A DNA stretch of 64,000 nucleotides from Candidatus Cloacimonadales bacterium (GTDB lineage: Bacteria > Cloacimonadota > Cloacimonadia > Cloacimonadales > JAIOQZ01), in the NCBI GenBank assembly GCA_963665815.1, contig OY762463.1, positions 2,816,001 to 2,880,000 of the forward strand. The letters run 5' to 3'. Positions 9,108 to 19,320 of this stretch are shown here, one piece after another (position 1 is the stretch's first letter; the number at the start of each line of letters is the position of its first letter). The notes under the pieces were generated by a model. It saw only the letters and a program-made list of their open reading frames with translations, searched no databases and was not told the origin of the DNA. Both the position numbers and the translations under genes were made by a program.

Positions 9108-10247
9108 ATGAAAATGAATGTAATCATTGTCGGAGCTGGTCCGGCAGGATCAACGGCTGCTTATATATTAGCTAAATCTGGACTTAAGGTTACGCTAATC
9201 GATGCAGAAAAATTTCCCAGACAGAAACTTTGTGGTGGTTTGCTTACACTTAGAACTAAAAGACTGTTCGAAAATATTTTTGGGGAAAGCATTAGTGGAA
9301 TTGCTGACTTCAAATCTGATGGAATGAAGATGTATTTCAGGGATAAGCTGCTGAGTTCTGTTACAGGATATAAGAACTTATATCTTGTGAACAGGATAGA
9401 TTTTGATAGCTATCTTCTTAAACAAGCTAAGAAAGCCGGAGTACAGTTGATTCTTGGTAAAAGGGTCTGCGATATAAGCTATAACACTGTCAGACTTTCA
9501 GATAACACACTGGTTGATTACAGCCTTCTTATTGGGGCTGATGGAGTTAACAGTGTTGTGGCGAAACATCTCTATGGAGCTTCATTCATAAAGAAACAGA
9601 CAGCTTTCTGTCTGGAAACCGAGATACCGATTGAGTTCGTTAAAGAAGAAGTAAAAGAGCCTGAAGTATTCTTTGGTTATGCAAACTGGGGATATGGATG
9701 GGTATTTCCGAAAAGTAAAACTGTAACGGTTGGAATAGGTGGACTACCGCACAAAAACAAGGATATGAAGGAAGCATTCCAACAACTGCTGCAGGATCGT
9801 TTTGGAATAACCGATACTATCGGAGTAAAAGGATTTCATGTTCCTGCCGGAGCTTACAGAACCAAGCCTGGTAAGGGAAATATAATTGTATGCGGAGATG
9901 CGGCAGGTCTGGTTGAACCGATAACAGGAGAAGGAATAGCTTTCGCTATGCAGAGCGGAAAATTTGCTGCGGAATCAGTTCTTGAGACGGCTAATGGTAA
10001 AGGTGATCTGTATAATAATTATCTGAGGAAATTCAGGAAAATTCTGAAGATTATGAGGATTGCCAGATTTCTCAGGCTGTTTATATTTACTAACTTTGGG
10101 GAGAAGCTGCTCAGAAGAGAAATGCCCCGATCAGAAAGAGCAATAAAAAGACATGTTGATTTGATGTCGGATGATATGAGTTACGAAGAATATCTGAAAG
10201 TGATTATGATGAGGTTGATCCAGAAGCTGCTAAAATTCGGTAGATAA
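9108..10247 (+). CDS. Geranylgeranyl reductase-family FAD-dependent oxidoreductase
   Basis: GAGPAG, FPRQKLCGG, GADGVNS, YGWVFPK, GDAAGLVEPITGEGI. Confidence 0.9.
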   Translation: MKMNVIIVGAGPAGSTAAYILAKSGLKVTLIDAEKFPRQKLCGGLLTLRTKRLFENIFGESISGIADFKSDGMKMYFRDKLLSSVTGYKNLYLVNRIDFDSYLLKQAKKAGVQLILGKRVCDISYNTVRLSDNTLVDYSLLIGADGVNSVVAKHLYGASFIKKQTAFCLETEIPIEFVKEEVKEPEVFFGYANWGYGWVFPKSKTVTVGIGGLPHKNKDMKEAFQQLLQDRFGITDTIGVKGFHVPAGAYRTKPGKGNIIVCGDAAGLVEPITGEGIAFAMQSGKFAAESVLETANGKGDLYNNYLRKFRKILKIMRIARFLRLFIFTNFGEKLLRREMPRSERAIKRHVDLMSDDMSYEEYLKVIMMRLIQKLLKFGR

Positions 10248-10479
10248 GTTATGATTTATGTCAAAAATGTCATAAATATGGAAAAAAGGCTTTTGTTTGT
10301 TTTTAATAGAAATTTCGATGTAGCTGTATATTCTTTGTGAAAGGGATTCTATATTAGGAATCACAGGTTCTGGATAACTGCGAAAAACTAAGCAGATTTT
10401 TATATTAAAACAATTATTCTTGACAAAAACTGATTAATAATCTGCTGAATAGAACAAACTAAATAAATATGAGGTTAAC

Positions 10480-11586
10480 ATGGCAAAAGTAACTGTTACG
10501 AATGTAAATAAATACTATGAAAACGGATTTCATGCTGTTAAGGATGCAAACATTGTTGCTGAAGATAAGGAATTTGTCATTCTGGTTGGTCCGTCAGGAT
10601 GCGGGAAAACAACTACACTCAGAATGATAGCCGGTCTCGAAGAAATCTCTGACGGAGATATTCATATTGGAGATAAAAAGGTAAATGATGTTCCACCTAA
10701 AGACCGTGATATTGCCATGGTTTTCCAGAACTATGCACTGTACCCTCATATGACTGTTTTCCAGAATATGGCTTTTGCTCTTAAGCTGAGAAAAACACCA
10801 AAGGATGAAATTCAGCAGAAAGTTACAGAAGCCGCCGGACTACTCGGTATAGAATCCTTGCTGGACAGAAAGCCAAAGCAGCTTTCCGGTGGGCAGAGAC
10901 AGCGTGTTGCTCTTGGTAGGGCAATAGTACGTAATCCAAAAGTATTCCTTTTTGATGAACCTCTTTCTAATCTTGATGCTAAACTCAGAGTGCAGATGAG
11001 AAGTGAAATCAGTAAGCTTCATAAGAAGCTGGATACAACTATGATCTATGTTACACACGATCAGGTTGAAGCTATGACAATGGGAGATAAAATTGTCGTC
11101 ATGAAAGACGGTGTTGTTCATCAGATAGATTCTCCTCTCGAAATTTACAATAATCCGGTAAATCTTTTTGTTGCCAGCTTCATTGGTAGTCCGTCCATCA
11201 ATCAAATGAGCGGGAAAATTATTTCAGAAGGTAATAAGCTGTTGTTTGATGAAGGAACTTTTAGAATAGAACTTCTTCCTGAGCAGAAAACTTACATGCA
11301 GAAATATGCAGGAAAAGAAGTAATTATGGGTATCCGACCGGAAGATCTGTTTGACTCCAAGTATGATACTCTGGTTGAACATCCTCAGAGAATAGAAGCT
11401 TTATGCGAAATCGTCGAACCTATGGGTAATGAGTTTATAGTATATCTCGACACACAGAAATCAAAACTGGTTGCGAGACTTGATCCTAAAAAACTGCCTG
11501 AAATTGATAAAAAACTTCAGATAACGATAGATATGCAGAAAGTACATTTCTTTGACAAAGACTCTGAAATTCGTATTTATAATTAA
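10480..11586 (+). CDS. Carbohydrate ABC transporter ATPase (MalK/MsmX/UgpC family)
   Basis: GPSGCGKTT, VFQNYALYPHM, LSGGQRQR, DEPLSNLDAKLR, C-terminal GIRPE and TOBE-like region. Confidence 0.95.
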   Translation: MAKVTVTNVNKYYENGFHAVKDANIVAEDKEFVILVGPSGCGKTTTLRMIAGLEEISDGDIHIGDKKVNDVPPKDRDIAMVFQNYALYPHMTVFQNMAFALKLRKTPKDEIQQKVTEAAGLLGIESLLDRKPKQLSGGQRQRVALGRAIVRNPKVFLFDEPLSNLDAKLRVQMRSEISKLHKKLDTTMIYVTHDQVEAMTMGDKIVVMKDGVVHQIDSPLEIYNNPVNLFVASFIGSPSINQMSGKIISEGNKLLFDEGTFRIELLPEQKTYMQKYAGKEVIMGIRPEDLFDSKYDTLVEHPQRIEALCEIVEPMGNEFIVYLDTQKSKLVARLDPKKLPEIDKKLQITIDMQKVHFFDKDSEIRIYN

Positions 11587-11614
11587 TAAACTTCTCAATC
11601 AATTCGATAATTTT

Positions 11615-11648
11615 AAAACCTGCTGGATACATCAGCAGGTTATTTTTT
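11615..11648 (+). terminator. Rho-independent terminator
   Basis: AACCTGCTG/CAGCAGGTT stem followed by T-rich run. Confidence 0.75.
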
Positions 11649-11779
11649 GTGGATTTCAGGTATAACTACTTTGTCATTAATGTTTTACAATTATTAATTT
11701 TTGTTAACAATTCCCTTATACTGGATTTAAGTTTCTCCGTAAAAATCTTGCATAACAAAGAATGATATTCGGAGGAATA

Positions 11780-12625
11780 ATGAAATTTAAAAGTTCAATA
11801 GTTATTTTAATGTTATTAGTTGCTTTTTCCGGTCTTTTTGCGGAAAAAATTACTCTTGATGGTTCAACAACAGTTGGTCCTATTGCGAAAGAATTTGCTG
11901 AATACTACATGCGCACAAATAAAGGCGTTAAAGTTGAAGTTAGTGAATCCGGTAGTGGAAACGGAGCTAAATCACTTATTAACAGCACTGCTGATATTGG
12001 TAACATGTCACGTTTTATGAAAGACAAAGAATTCAAAGCTGCAGTAGAAAAAGGTGTTAAACCTGTTGCACACGTAGTAGCTCTTGATGGTATTGCAGTT
12101 GTTGTAAACAAAAGAAACTCTGTGAAAGATCTTACAATTGAACAAATCCGTAAGATTTACATGGGCGAAATTACAAACTGGAAAGAAGTTGGCGGACCTA
12201 ACAAAGAAATCGTAATCATTTCCAGAGAATCCAACTCAGGAACACTTGATACTTTCAAAGGTTTTGTAATGACTACAAAAGAAAACGGTGAAAAAGTAAA
12301 ACACAAAATTACTCCTAAAGCTGAAAGCCAGGGATCAAACGGTGCGGTAAAACAATCAGTTCAAAAAACTGACAGTGCAATAGGATTCATCGGAATCGGA
12401 TTCATCGATAACTCGATCAAACCATTATCAATCAGTGGTATTAAAGCTACAGAAGCAAACGTTATGGCTGGTAAATATCCTATTTCAAGACCATTATTCA
12501 TGTTCACAAACGGTTATCCAAAAATCGGAACACACTTACACAAATTCATCTCTCTTTATTTGACAAAAGAAGGACAGAAACTGATCGAACAATCAGGTTA
12601 CATTCCTGTAACACAATACAGATAA
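11780..12625 (+). CDS. pstS: Phosphate ABC transporter substrate-binding protein
   Basis: DGSTTV, SGSGNG, RESNSGT, YPISRPLF; GGAGG SD before ATG 11780; first gene of pst operon. Confidence 0.93.
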   Translation: MKFKSSIVILMLLVAFSGLFAEKITLDGSTTVGPIAKEFAEYYMRTNKGVKVEVSESGSGNGAKSLINSTADIGNMSRFMKDKEFKAAVEKGVKPVAHVVALDGIAVVVNKRNSVKDLTIEQIRKIYMGEITNWKEVGGPNKEIVIISRESNSGTLDTFKGFVMTTKENGEKVKHKITPKAESQGSNGAVKQSVQKTDSAIGFIGIGFIDNSIKPLSISGIKATEANVMAGKYPISRPLFMFTNGYPKIGTHLHKFISLYLTKEGQKLIEQSGYIPVTQYR

Positions 12626-12631
12626 TAGATC

Positions 12632-13777
12632 ATGGAACAAAACAAAGAAACATCATTATATATGAGTGAAAGAGCGAGCCGTATACAGCGGCTCGGATCT
12701 TTACTCCTTCAGGGTGGACTGTTTGTAGTAACATCAATATCTATGATAACAGTTATTTTTATAATCATATTTATTGCTAAAGATGCTATACCTTATTTCC
12801 AGCTGAAAGGGTTTAAGGAATTTTTCACCAGCACAAACTGGTATCCGGCTTCTGATCCGGGTCAGTTTGGTTCACTGGCAATTTTCCTGGGATCATTTCT
12901 TGTTACGCTTGGAGCGATTCTCGTTTCAGTACCACTTGGAATCACATCTTCGATAACCCTCAGTGACATCCTGCCATTTTCAGTTAGACAATATGCAAAA
13001 CCGGTTATAGAAATTCTTGCAGCGATTCCTTCAGTTGCATATGGTTTCTTTGCACTGGTTATTTTTGCACCGATACTGCAGAATCAGGGTGGACAGCTTC
13101 TCGGAGCTGCTTCATGGGTTATTGGACTTCCGGTTTTCTTATTAGGGTCGCTTATATTGACCGATCTCATTCTGGATAAAATAGCAACCGGAAACAATCA
13201 TAAAGTATTAAATATTATAATCTTTGTTGTATTAGCAAGTATATCAATCTTCATTCTACATCGAATCAGCAGCTTTCTACATGGTTTGAAAATCCTCAGT
13301 GGTAGAAACGCTCTCAACGTTTCTATTATTCTCGGATTCATGAGTCTACCTACAATCGTCAGTGTTTCCGAAGATGCCCTGCAATCTGTCGGCAGAGAGT
13401 TGAGAGAAGGTAGTTACGCTCTGGGAGCAACCAGAGCAGAAACTCTTTTTAAAGTAGTACTTCCTGCAGCAAGCAGCGGTATTGTTTCAGCAGTAATTCT
13501 CGGAACTATGAGAGCTCTTGGGGAAACTATGGTAGTCTGGATGGCTTCCGGTAACTCTGCTCATATTCCGGAGCCCTGGTTTAATCTGCTTGAACCTGTA
13601 AGAACATTAACAGCAACTATTGCCGGAGATATGGGGGAAGCCGATCAGGTAACAGGATCAGCCAGATATCATGTTCTTTTTGCAATGGCGTTATGTTTAC
13701 TCGTTTTCTCATTTGTCAGTAATCTTCTGAGTGAGTGGATAGTTAATCGATCCAGAAGAAAAATGAGTGGAGAATAG
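12632..13777 (+). CDS. pstC: Phosphate ABC transporter permease
   Basis: EILAAIPSVAYG, EGSYALGAT, RALGETM; two extra internal TM segments. Confidence 0.92.
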   Translation: MEQNKETSLYMSERASRIQRLGSLLLQGGLFVVTSISMITVIFIIIFIAKDAIPYFQLKGFKEFFTSTNWYPASDPGQFGSLAIFLGSFLVTLGAILVSVPLGITSSITLSDILPFSVRQYAKPVIEILAAIPSVAYGFFALVIFAPILQNQGGQLLGAASWVIGLPVFLLGSLILTDLILDKIATGNNHKVLNIIIFVVLASISIFILHRISSFLHGLKILSGRNALNVSIILGFMSLPTIVSVSEDALQSVGRELREGSYALGATRAETLFKVVLPAASSGIVSAVILGTMRALGETMVVWMASGNSAHIPEPWFNLLEPVRTLTATIAGDMGEADQVTGSARYHVLFAMALCLLVFSFVSNLLSEWIVNRSRRKMSGE

Positions 13778-13779
13778 AT

Positions 13780-15516
13780 ATGCAATTACATACACGTAAA
13801 CTATTAGATAAAGCATTCAGCAGCTTTGGAATATTCTCTATCCTTATAATGGCTGCTGCTGTTCTGATTCTTATCGTCCCAATATTTGCAAAAGGGATTG
13901 GAGCTTTTTATTTTGACGGAACAATTGAGTTCAGAAAATTCCTGAATTACGAGTTTAATCGTGGAAATGCAGAAAAACTGGAAAAGGAAGTTGCAGAGTC
14001 AGATATTCCAAGAATTAAGGTTTTCAAAAGACTCAGAAAGTTCAAAGAAGAATTAGAATCCGGTAAGTATGATGAACATCCTGAATATGATAATTTTGAA
14101 TATTATCTGGACGAAATCAATGAGTATGTTGTAGGGCTTCTCGGACCTGAACCTCTATCTGTAGCAAGAGTATATGAATACAAGCGCTTTGATAAAATAC
14201 GTATGGAGTATGATGTTACAGAATTCAATACATTAAAAGAAAAAGTGGTATCCATAAAAAAAGATGCAGACACTGATGAACATCAGGATTTTTATGAAGG
14301 ACTTTTAAAGCACGTCGTTTTGATGGAATCCATGTTGACCAGAGATCCGCAGGAATTGGAAAACTTTGAGGTCACAAACAAAGTTTCAATTTCAGCATCA
14401 AAATTAGTTAAGAATATTCTGGATCATTTTGATAAGATTTTGGCATCTAATGATTATTCAGATTTCTATTCTGAAATTTATGATGTGACAGATCAGCTCA
14501 AAACAATTCTTCTTGATATAAGCTATCCTTTATTGACAGACCATGAGATGGTTACTATATCAGAAAAATACGGTAGAACAAGATGGGATGAAGTAGCTGA
14601 GAAAAAGCTGAGATTAGTTATATGTCGTGAAGAAGTAACGTACGATGATAATGGTGATTACCATGTCAGTTATCCACCGAGAGAAAATGATTTTAAAGGT
14701 ACATCCCTTGAAGGATTGTTTACGTTCTTCGAAAATAATATTAATAAAATGATGCTTCCGAGAAAGACAGTATATCTAAGATTTCTGTTTGATAAACCAA
14801 TCAACTCACACATGCTTGGAGGTATCTGGCCGGAAGTGCTTGGTACTCTGTATCTGACTTTCGGAGCAATGTTGTTTGCCGTTCCACTTGGAGTGATTGC
14901 AGCAATATATCTTACAGAATTCGCACCACAGAATAGAGTAATTACAGTATTGAGATCTTTCATAAACACACTTGCCGGTGTACCGAGTATTGTATTCGGT
15001 CTTTTCGGTCTGGCATTCTTTATTAATACCGTTGGTGTGTCACCTAATAAAAGTGTTATCGCCGGATCAATGACATTATCAATATTGATCCTTCCTACAA
15101 TTATCAGAGCATCTGAAGAAGCGATAAGATCAGTTCCCAAAACATATAAAGAAGCTGCTTTATCTCTTGGGGCCACAAAACTGTGGACTGTGATAACCGT
15201 GATACTGCCATCAGCACTGCCTGGTATATTAACCGGTATAGTTATCAGTATGGGAAGGGCAGCTGGAGAAACCGCACCAATCATTTTCACCGCTGCAGTC
15301 AGTGTGGGTCAAGCTCTTAAGCTTAATGAAGTTTTCTCTAACGGAACCCCGGCATTATCATGGAATATCTACAATCTGGCATCAGAACACCATAAAGTAG
15401 ATGAAATAAGGCACGTACAATTCGGTATGGTTTTGACACTGATCACATTAGTGATTTTACTGAATCTTGCAGCTATAATTATCAGGGCAAGAGTATCGAA
15501 GAATTTAAAACAATAA
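13780..15516 (+). CDS. pstA: Phosphate ABC transporter permease with large soluble insertion
   Basis: GGIWPEVLGT, LAGVPSIVFGLFG, EAALSLGAT, RAAGETAP; about 300 aa hydrophilic insert after the first TM helix. Confidence 0.9.
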   Translation: MQLHTRKLLDKAFSSFGIFSILIMAAAVLILIVPIFAKGIGAFYFDGTIEFRKFLNYEFNRGNAEKLEKEVAESDIPRIKVFKRLRKFKEELESGKYDEHPEYDNFEYYLDEINEYVVGLLGPEPLSVARVYEYKRFDKIRMEYDVTEFNTLKEKVVSIKKDADTDEHQDFYEGLLKHVVLMESMLTRDPQELENFEVTNKVSISASKLVKNILDHFDKILASNDYSDFYSEIYDVTDQLKTILLDISYPLLTDHEMVTISEKYGRTRWDEVAEKKLRLVICREEVTYDDNGDYHVSYPPRENDFKGTSLEGLFTFFENNINKMMLPRKTVYLRFLFDKPINSHMLGGIWPEVLGTLYLTFGAMLFAVPLGVIAAIYLTEFAPQNRVITVLRSFINTLAGVPSIVFGLFGLAFFINTVGVSPNKSVIAGSMTLSILILPTIIRASEEAIRSVPKTYKEAALSLGATKLWTVITVILPSALPGILTGIVISMGRAAGETAPIIFTAAVSVGQALKLNEVFSNGTPALSWNIYNLASEHHKVDEIRHVQFGMVLTLITLVILLNLAAIIIRARVSKNLKQ

Positions 15517-15526
15517 TGAGGTATAA

Positions 15527-16357
15527 ATGAGCGAAGGAAAATTTGTTTTTTCAACATCAGAATATAAATCTTTGAAAACAGGCGTTGTGATGCTGCCTGA
15601 AGAGCAGTCTCATCTGGTAGTAAATGATTTTTCAGTGTATTATGGTAAACATCAGGCAGTTAAAAATGTAACAGTGAATATCCCGAGAAAGAAAGTTACA
15701 GCCATTATTGGTCCAAGTGGATGTGGTAAAAGTACATTTCTCAGATCCATCAACAGAATGAACGATCTGATACCAGTATGTCACACAACAGGTGACTTAT
15801 TATATGAAAAGCAGAATATTTTCGATAAAAGAATAGATGTTGTTTTACTCAGGAAGAAGATTGGTATGGTGTTCCAGAAACCGAATCCATTTCCCAAAAG
15901 TATCTATGAGAACATCGTCTATAGCCCGAGACTACAGGGTAAAAGGAATAAAAAAGAACTGAATGAAATCGTAGAAAGGTGTCTGCGTGGTGCAGCTTTA
16001 TGGGATGAAGTCAAAGACAGACTTGATAAGAATGCTCTCGGACTATCAGGTGGACAGCAACAGAGATTATGCATTGCCAGAGCTCTGGCAGCTGATCCGG
16101 AAATCCTTTTGATGGACGAACCTACATCTGCACTTGATCCACAGGCTACCCTGAAAATTGAAAATCTGATAGACTCTCTCAGTAATGATTATACAATAGT
16201 AATAGTAACTCACAATATGTCTCAGGCTGCTCGTGTATCCGATTATACAGCTTTTTTCTATGAAGGCGTGCTGATAGAGTTTGCAGAAACTCAGAATGTC
16301 TTTGAGACACCAAACATTAAACAGACAGAAGATTATATAACCGGACGATTCGGATAG
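15527..16357 (+). CDS. pstB: Phosphate ABC transporter ATPase
   Basis: [42 protein letters not shown]. Confidence 0.96.
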   Translation: MSEGKFVFSTSEYKSLKTGVVMLPEEQSHLVVNDFSVYYGKHQAVKNVTVNIPRKKVTAIIGPSGCGKSTFLRSINRMNDLIPVCHTTGDLLYEKQNIFDKRIDVVLLRKKIGMVFQKPNPFPKSIYENIVYSPRLQGKRNKKELNEIVERCLRGAALWDEVKDRLDKNALGLSGGQQQRLCIARALAADPEILLMDEPTSALDPQATLKIENLIDSLSNDYTIVIVTHNMSQAARVSDYTAFFYEGVLIEFAETQNVFETPNIKQTEDYITGRFG

Positions 16358-16367
16358 GAGAATTTAT

Positions 16368-17036
16368 ATGGCTATTCATCTAATCAGAGAAATTGATAAA
16401 CTGAAAAAAATGATAATTCACCTCAGTGATCTTGTTGAGAAGAACATTAAAGCTACAATGAAAGCTGTGATGGAAAACGATCCTGAGCTTGCTCAGAAGG
16501 TGATCAAAAGAGATGAAGATATTGACAGTATGGAAATTGAGATTGAAGAAGAATGTCTTAAAACTTTTGCACTGTATCAGCCTGTAGCAAACGATTTAAG
16601 ATTCATTGTTGCGATTCTCAAGGTAAATAATGATATGGAAAGAATCGGTGATCTTGCAGCAAACATAGCCAAGGCTGCTATATTCCTTCAGGATTTCGAG
16701 GTAAAAAGCTGTCTCCAGGAACTGGAGTTTGAATTGACTGCAAGCAAAGCTCTCAATATGTTCAAGAAGAGCTTCGATTCTTTATTAAGTCTTGACGCTA
16801 AAGTTGCTCTTGATGTTTGCCAGTCAGATGATGAAGTTGATGATCTGGTGCATAAAGCACACAAAAAAATTCAGAAGTATATGGTAGCATCACCAGACCA
16901 TATAGAATATTTATTGAGAATATTATACATTTTCAGACATTTAGAAAGAATTGCCGATCTTTCAACAAATGTTGCAGAAGACACAGTATACCTGAAAGAG
17001 GGCAATATAATTAGACATGGAAATGATATAGAATAA
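16368..17036 (+). CDS. phoU: Phosphate signalling protein PhoU
   Basis: QPVANDLR, DMERIGD, LERIAD repeats; position after pstB. Confidence 0.95.
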   Translation: MAIHLIREIDKLKKMIIHLSDLVEKNIKATMKAVMENDPELAQKVIKRDEDIDSMEIEIEEECLKTFALYQPVANDLRFIVAILKVNNDMERIGDLAANIAKAAIFLQDFEVKSCLQELEFELTASKALNMFKKSFDSLLSLDAKVALDVCQSDDEVDDLVHKAHKKIQKYMVASPDHIEYLLRILYIFRHLERIADLSTNVAEDTVYLKEGNIIRHGNDIE

Positions 17037-17078
17037 AATAGATTAATCAGTATCCTGATCAAGACTGACTGATGTATT

Positions 17079-17576
17079 TTACTGGTCAGTCTTTTTTTCC
17101 ATATAAAATCTTAATTTGCGCATGGCTTTCTTATATTTCTGCCTTATTTTTTCTCGTCTCTGATCCATAATTTTAGCAATTTGAGATAGAGGTAAATCTT
17201 TTTCATACATATACTTAATTATCTCAATTTCTTCATTAGTCATTGTGCTTGGGAATTCTGCTATTACTTCTGATTTTTCCTGACTCAGTTCTTGTTCCGG
17301 TTTGTCATCAGCAAGGATATCCGTGTTAAGGTCTGCAGATGCTCCGGAATATGTAATTTCTTTATCAAGAAACTTAAGGATTCTTTTTCGAATCCAGAAT
17401 AATGCATAAGAAGAAAACTGAGTTCCTTTGCTCGGATCATACCGGGTCTGAGCTTCCAGAACTCCAAGCAATCCTTCCTGGACAAGGTCATCATAAGAAT
17501 TGCAATACTTTGCGTATTTACGTGCTACTGAATGTACAAATGCTATGGTTTTTTCATTAATTATATTCTCTGACAT
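17079..17576 (-). CDS. Small sigma-70-family RNA polymerase sigma factor
   Basis: Region 2 DDLVQEGLLGVLEA..RYDPSKGTQFSSYALFWIR; region 4 HTH (LSQIAKIM...IRQKYKKAMRKLR); 165 aa. Confidence 0.85.
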   Translation of the reverse strand: MSENIINEKTIAFVHSVARKYAKYCNSYDDLVQEGLLGVLEAQTRYDPSKGTQFSSYALFWIRKRILKFLDKEITYSGASADLNTDILADDKPEQELSQEKSEVIAEFPSTMTNEEIEIIKYMYEKDLPLSQIAKIMDQRREKIRQKYKKAMRKLRFYMEKKTDQ

Positions 17577-19312
17577 TAATTTTCCTGTTTTAATGGTATT
17601 TTTACGATGAATTCAGTTCCCTGATTCATTTTACTATTCACATCTATTGTGCCTTTATGTTTCAGAACAACATGTTTTACAATACTTAAGCCAAGTCCGG
17701 TCCCACCGTATTTTTTGGATCTGGATTTATCTACAACATAGAATCGTTCAAACAAATGTGGAATATTGGACTCAGGAATTCCTGCACCAGAGTCTTTTAC
17801 TGAAAACACAACATAGTTTGATTTGATACTGCAACTGAGGCTTATTGTACCTTCATCTGTATATTGATATGCATTCTGAAGCAGGTTGATGAGTACCTGT
17901 TCTATCCTGAAGTCATCCAGATAAACCTGTGGGAGGTTTTCCTGTACATCAATAACAAACTCAATATTCTTTTTTTGAAATTTATCAGTAAATAACGAAG
18001 CTGCATTATTAAGAATTTGATTCAAGTCAGACAATTTATAGTCAAATTTTATATCTCTTTCTACCGTAGCAAGATGCAGTAGATCTTTCACTATATTCAC
18101 CAGTCTGTTTGTATTTCTGTCGATAACATCCAGATAGTGCTTTTGAGAGGGATCAGTGACCTCATCCTGTAGAGCTTCCATAAATCCTTTGATAGCTGTT
18201 AATGGGGTTTTAAGTTCATGCGAGACATTCAGCATCAGATCTTTTTTCATTCTAACCAGCTTTTCATATTCACTGATATCGTGGAAGATTACCACAACAT
18301 GTTCAAAGTCAGGCAAGAATGACATACTACACAAAAAGTGACTTTCATTAATATCTATTTCAAAGTTTTTGTCAGTTCTGTTTTCAAAAACAGATTCTAT
18401 TTTATTGCTGATATCAATATCGCGCATTATCTCCCAATAGTGAACTTGAGATTCTGATAAAATCGGGAACTGCTGTTTGAATTTCTGGTTACTCTTTATT
18501 ATAATACCATCTTTAGTGATAAGACATAGAGCTTCTTGTATGTAAGTGATGGTTGCATTCAGAATTTCCTTCTGGTGCTGCAGTTCTTCCATCGAGTTTC
18601 TCAAAGAATCCACCATCAGATTGAAGCTGTCGGCCACATCTCTGAGTTCATCGGTACGTTTTAGATGCACTTTTGTATTGTAATATCCTTGAGTTACTTT
18701 TCTTGTGGCAGCAGCAAGTATTTGGATTGGTCTGGAAATACCTCGAGTGAAGAGGTAGGCGACAACGAGTGTTATCATAAGAGTGATAAGCAGGATATTG
18801 ATAATTTCTGCCTGAAGAGAATTCAGCAGTTCATTCAGTTTACTCATGTACATGCTGACACGGAGTACACCATAGAATTCACCGTTGTATGCTACCGGAA
18901 TTGCCAGATAGAACATTCTTTTCTGAAGTGTATTACTGTATCTGATAGAAACACCAATATTCTTATCGAATGCCTGTTTTATCTCAGGTCTGTTCAAGTG
19001 GTTGTTCATTTCCAGGGGATTTTTATCTGATTCTGCCAGAACTTTTCCCTTAGGGTTAACAATTGTAATTCTGACATTTATCTTTTCTGAGAGTTCTTCA
19101 ACCAGTTTTGTCAGTTCCTGATAATCGTTTACAGACCATACTGAAGATATTTTCTGCTCAATCAGATAGGCAGTATTTACCATATGTTCTTTGAAGCTCT
19201 GTTTATAATTACTTGTTATGAGTCGAAAGGCAAAGTAAGAATAAAATGCAGCGAAAAGAAGAACAGTGAGTACATACCCGCTGAAAATCTTATAGAAAAT
19301 TTTGTTTCTCAT
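17576..19312 (-). CDS. phoR: Phosphate regulon sensor histidine kinase
   Basis: Two TM helices with NHLNRPEI extracytoplasmic domain, HAMP, PAS-like region, VSHELKTPLT, FERFYVVDKSRS..GGTGLGLSIVKH. Confidence 0.9.
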   Translation of the reverse strand: MRNKIFYKIFSGYVLTVLLFAAFYSYFAFRLITSNYKQSFKEHMVNTAYLIEQKISSVWSVNDYQELTKLVEELSEKINVRITIVNPKGKVLAESDKNPLEMNNHLNRPEIKQAFDKNIGVSIRYSNTLQKRMFYLAIPVAYNGEFYGVLRVSMYMSKLNELLNSLQAEIINILLITLMITLVVAYLFTRGISRPIQILAAATRKVTQGYYNTKVHLKRTDELRDVADSFNLMVDSLRNSMEELQHQKEILNATITYIQEALCLITKDGIIIKSNQKFKQQFPILSESQVHYWEIMRDIDISNKIESVFENRTDKNFEIDINESHFLCSMSFLPDFEHVVVIFHDISEYEKLVRMKKDLMLNVSHELKTPLTAIKGFMEALQDEVTDPSQKHYLDVIDRNTNRLVNIVKDLLHLATVERDIKFDYKLSDLNQILNNAASLFTDKFQKKNIEFVIDVQENLPQVYLDDFRIEQVLINLLQNAYQYTDEGTISLSCSIKSNYVVFSVKDSGAGIPESNIPHLFERFYVVDKSRSKKYGGTGLGLSIVKHVVLKHKGTIDVNSKMNQGTEFIVKIPLKQEN

Positions 19313-19320
19313 ATAATCAC

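Noticed and set aside
10255-10276. TGTCA direct repeat upstream of the MalK-like gene
   Set aside because: 9-nt spacing does not fit a Pho box; short and AT-rich
11671-11710. Candidate Pho box upstream of pstS (TTGTCAT, TTTACA, TTAACA)
   Set aside because: Half-sites are spaced 13 and 20 nt rather than the 11-nt period; plausible by context but not supportable
14670-15290. 206-aa antisense ORF in pstA, and the many other 60-185 aa ORFs overlapping long genes
   Set aside because: Shadow frames of well-supported genes; no motifs or SD support
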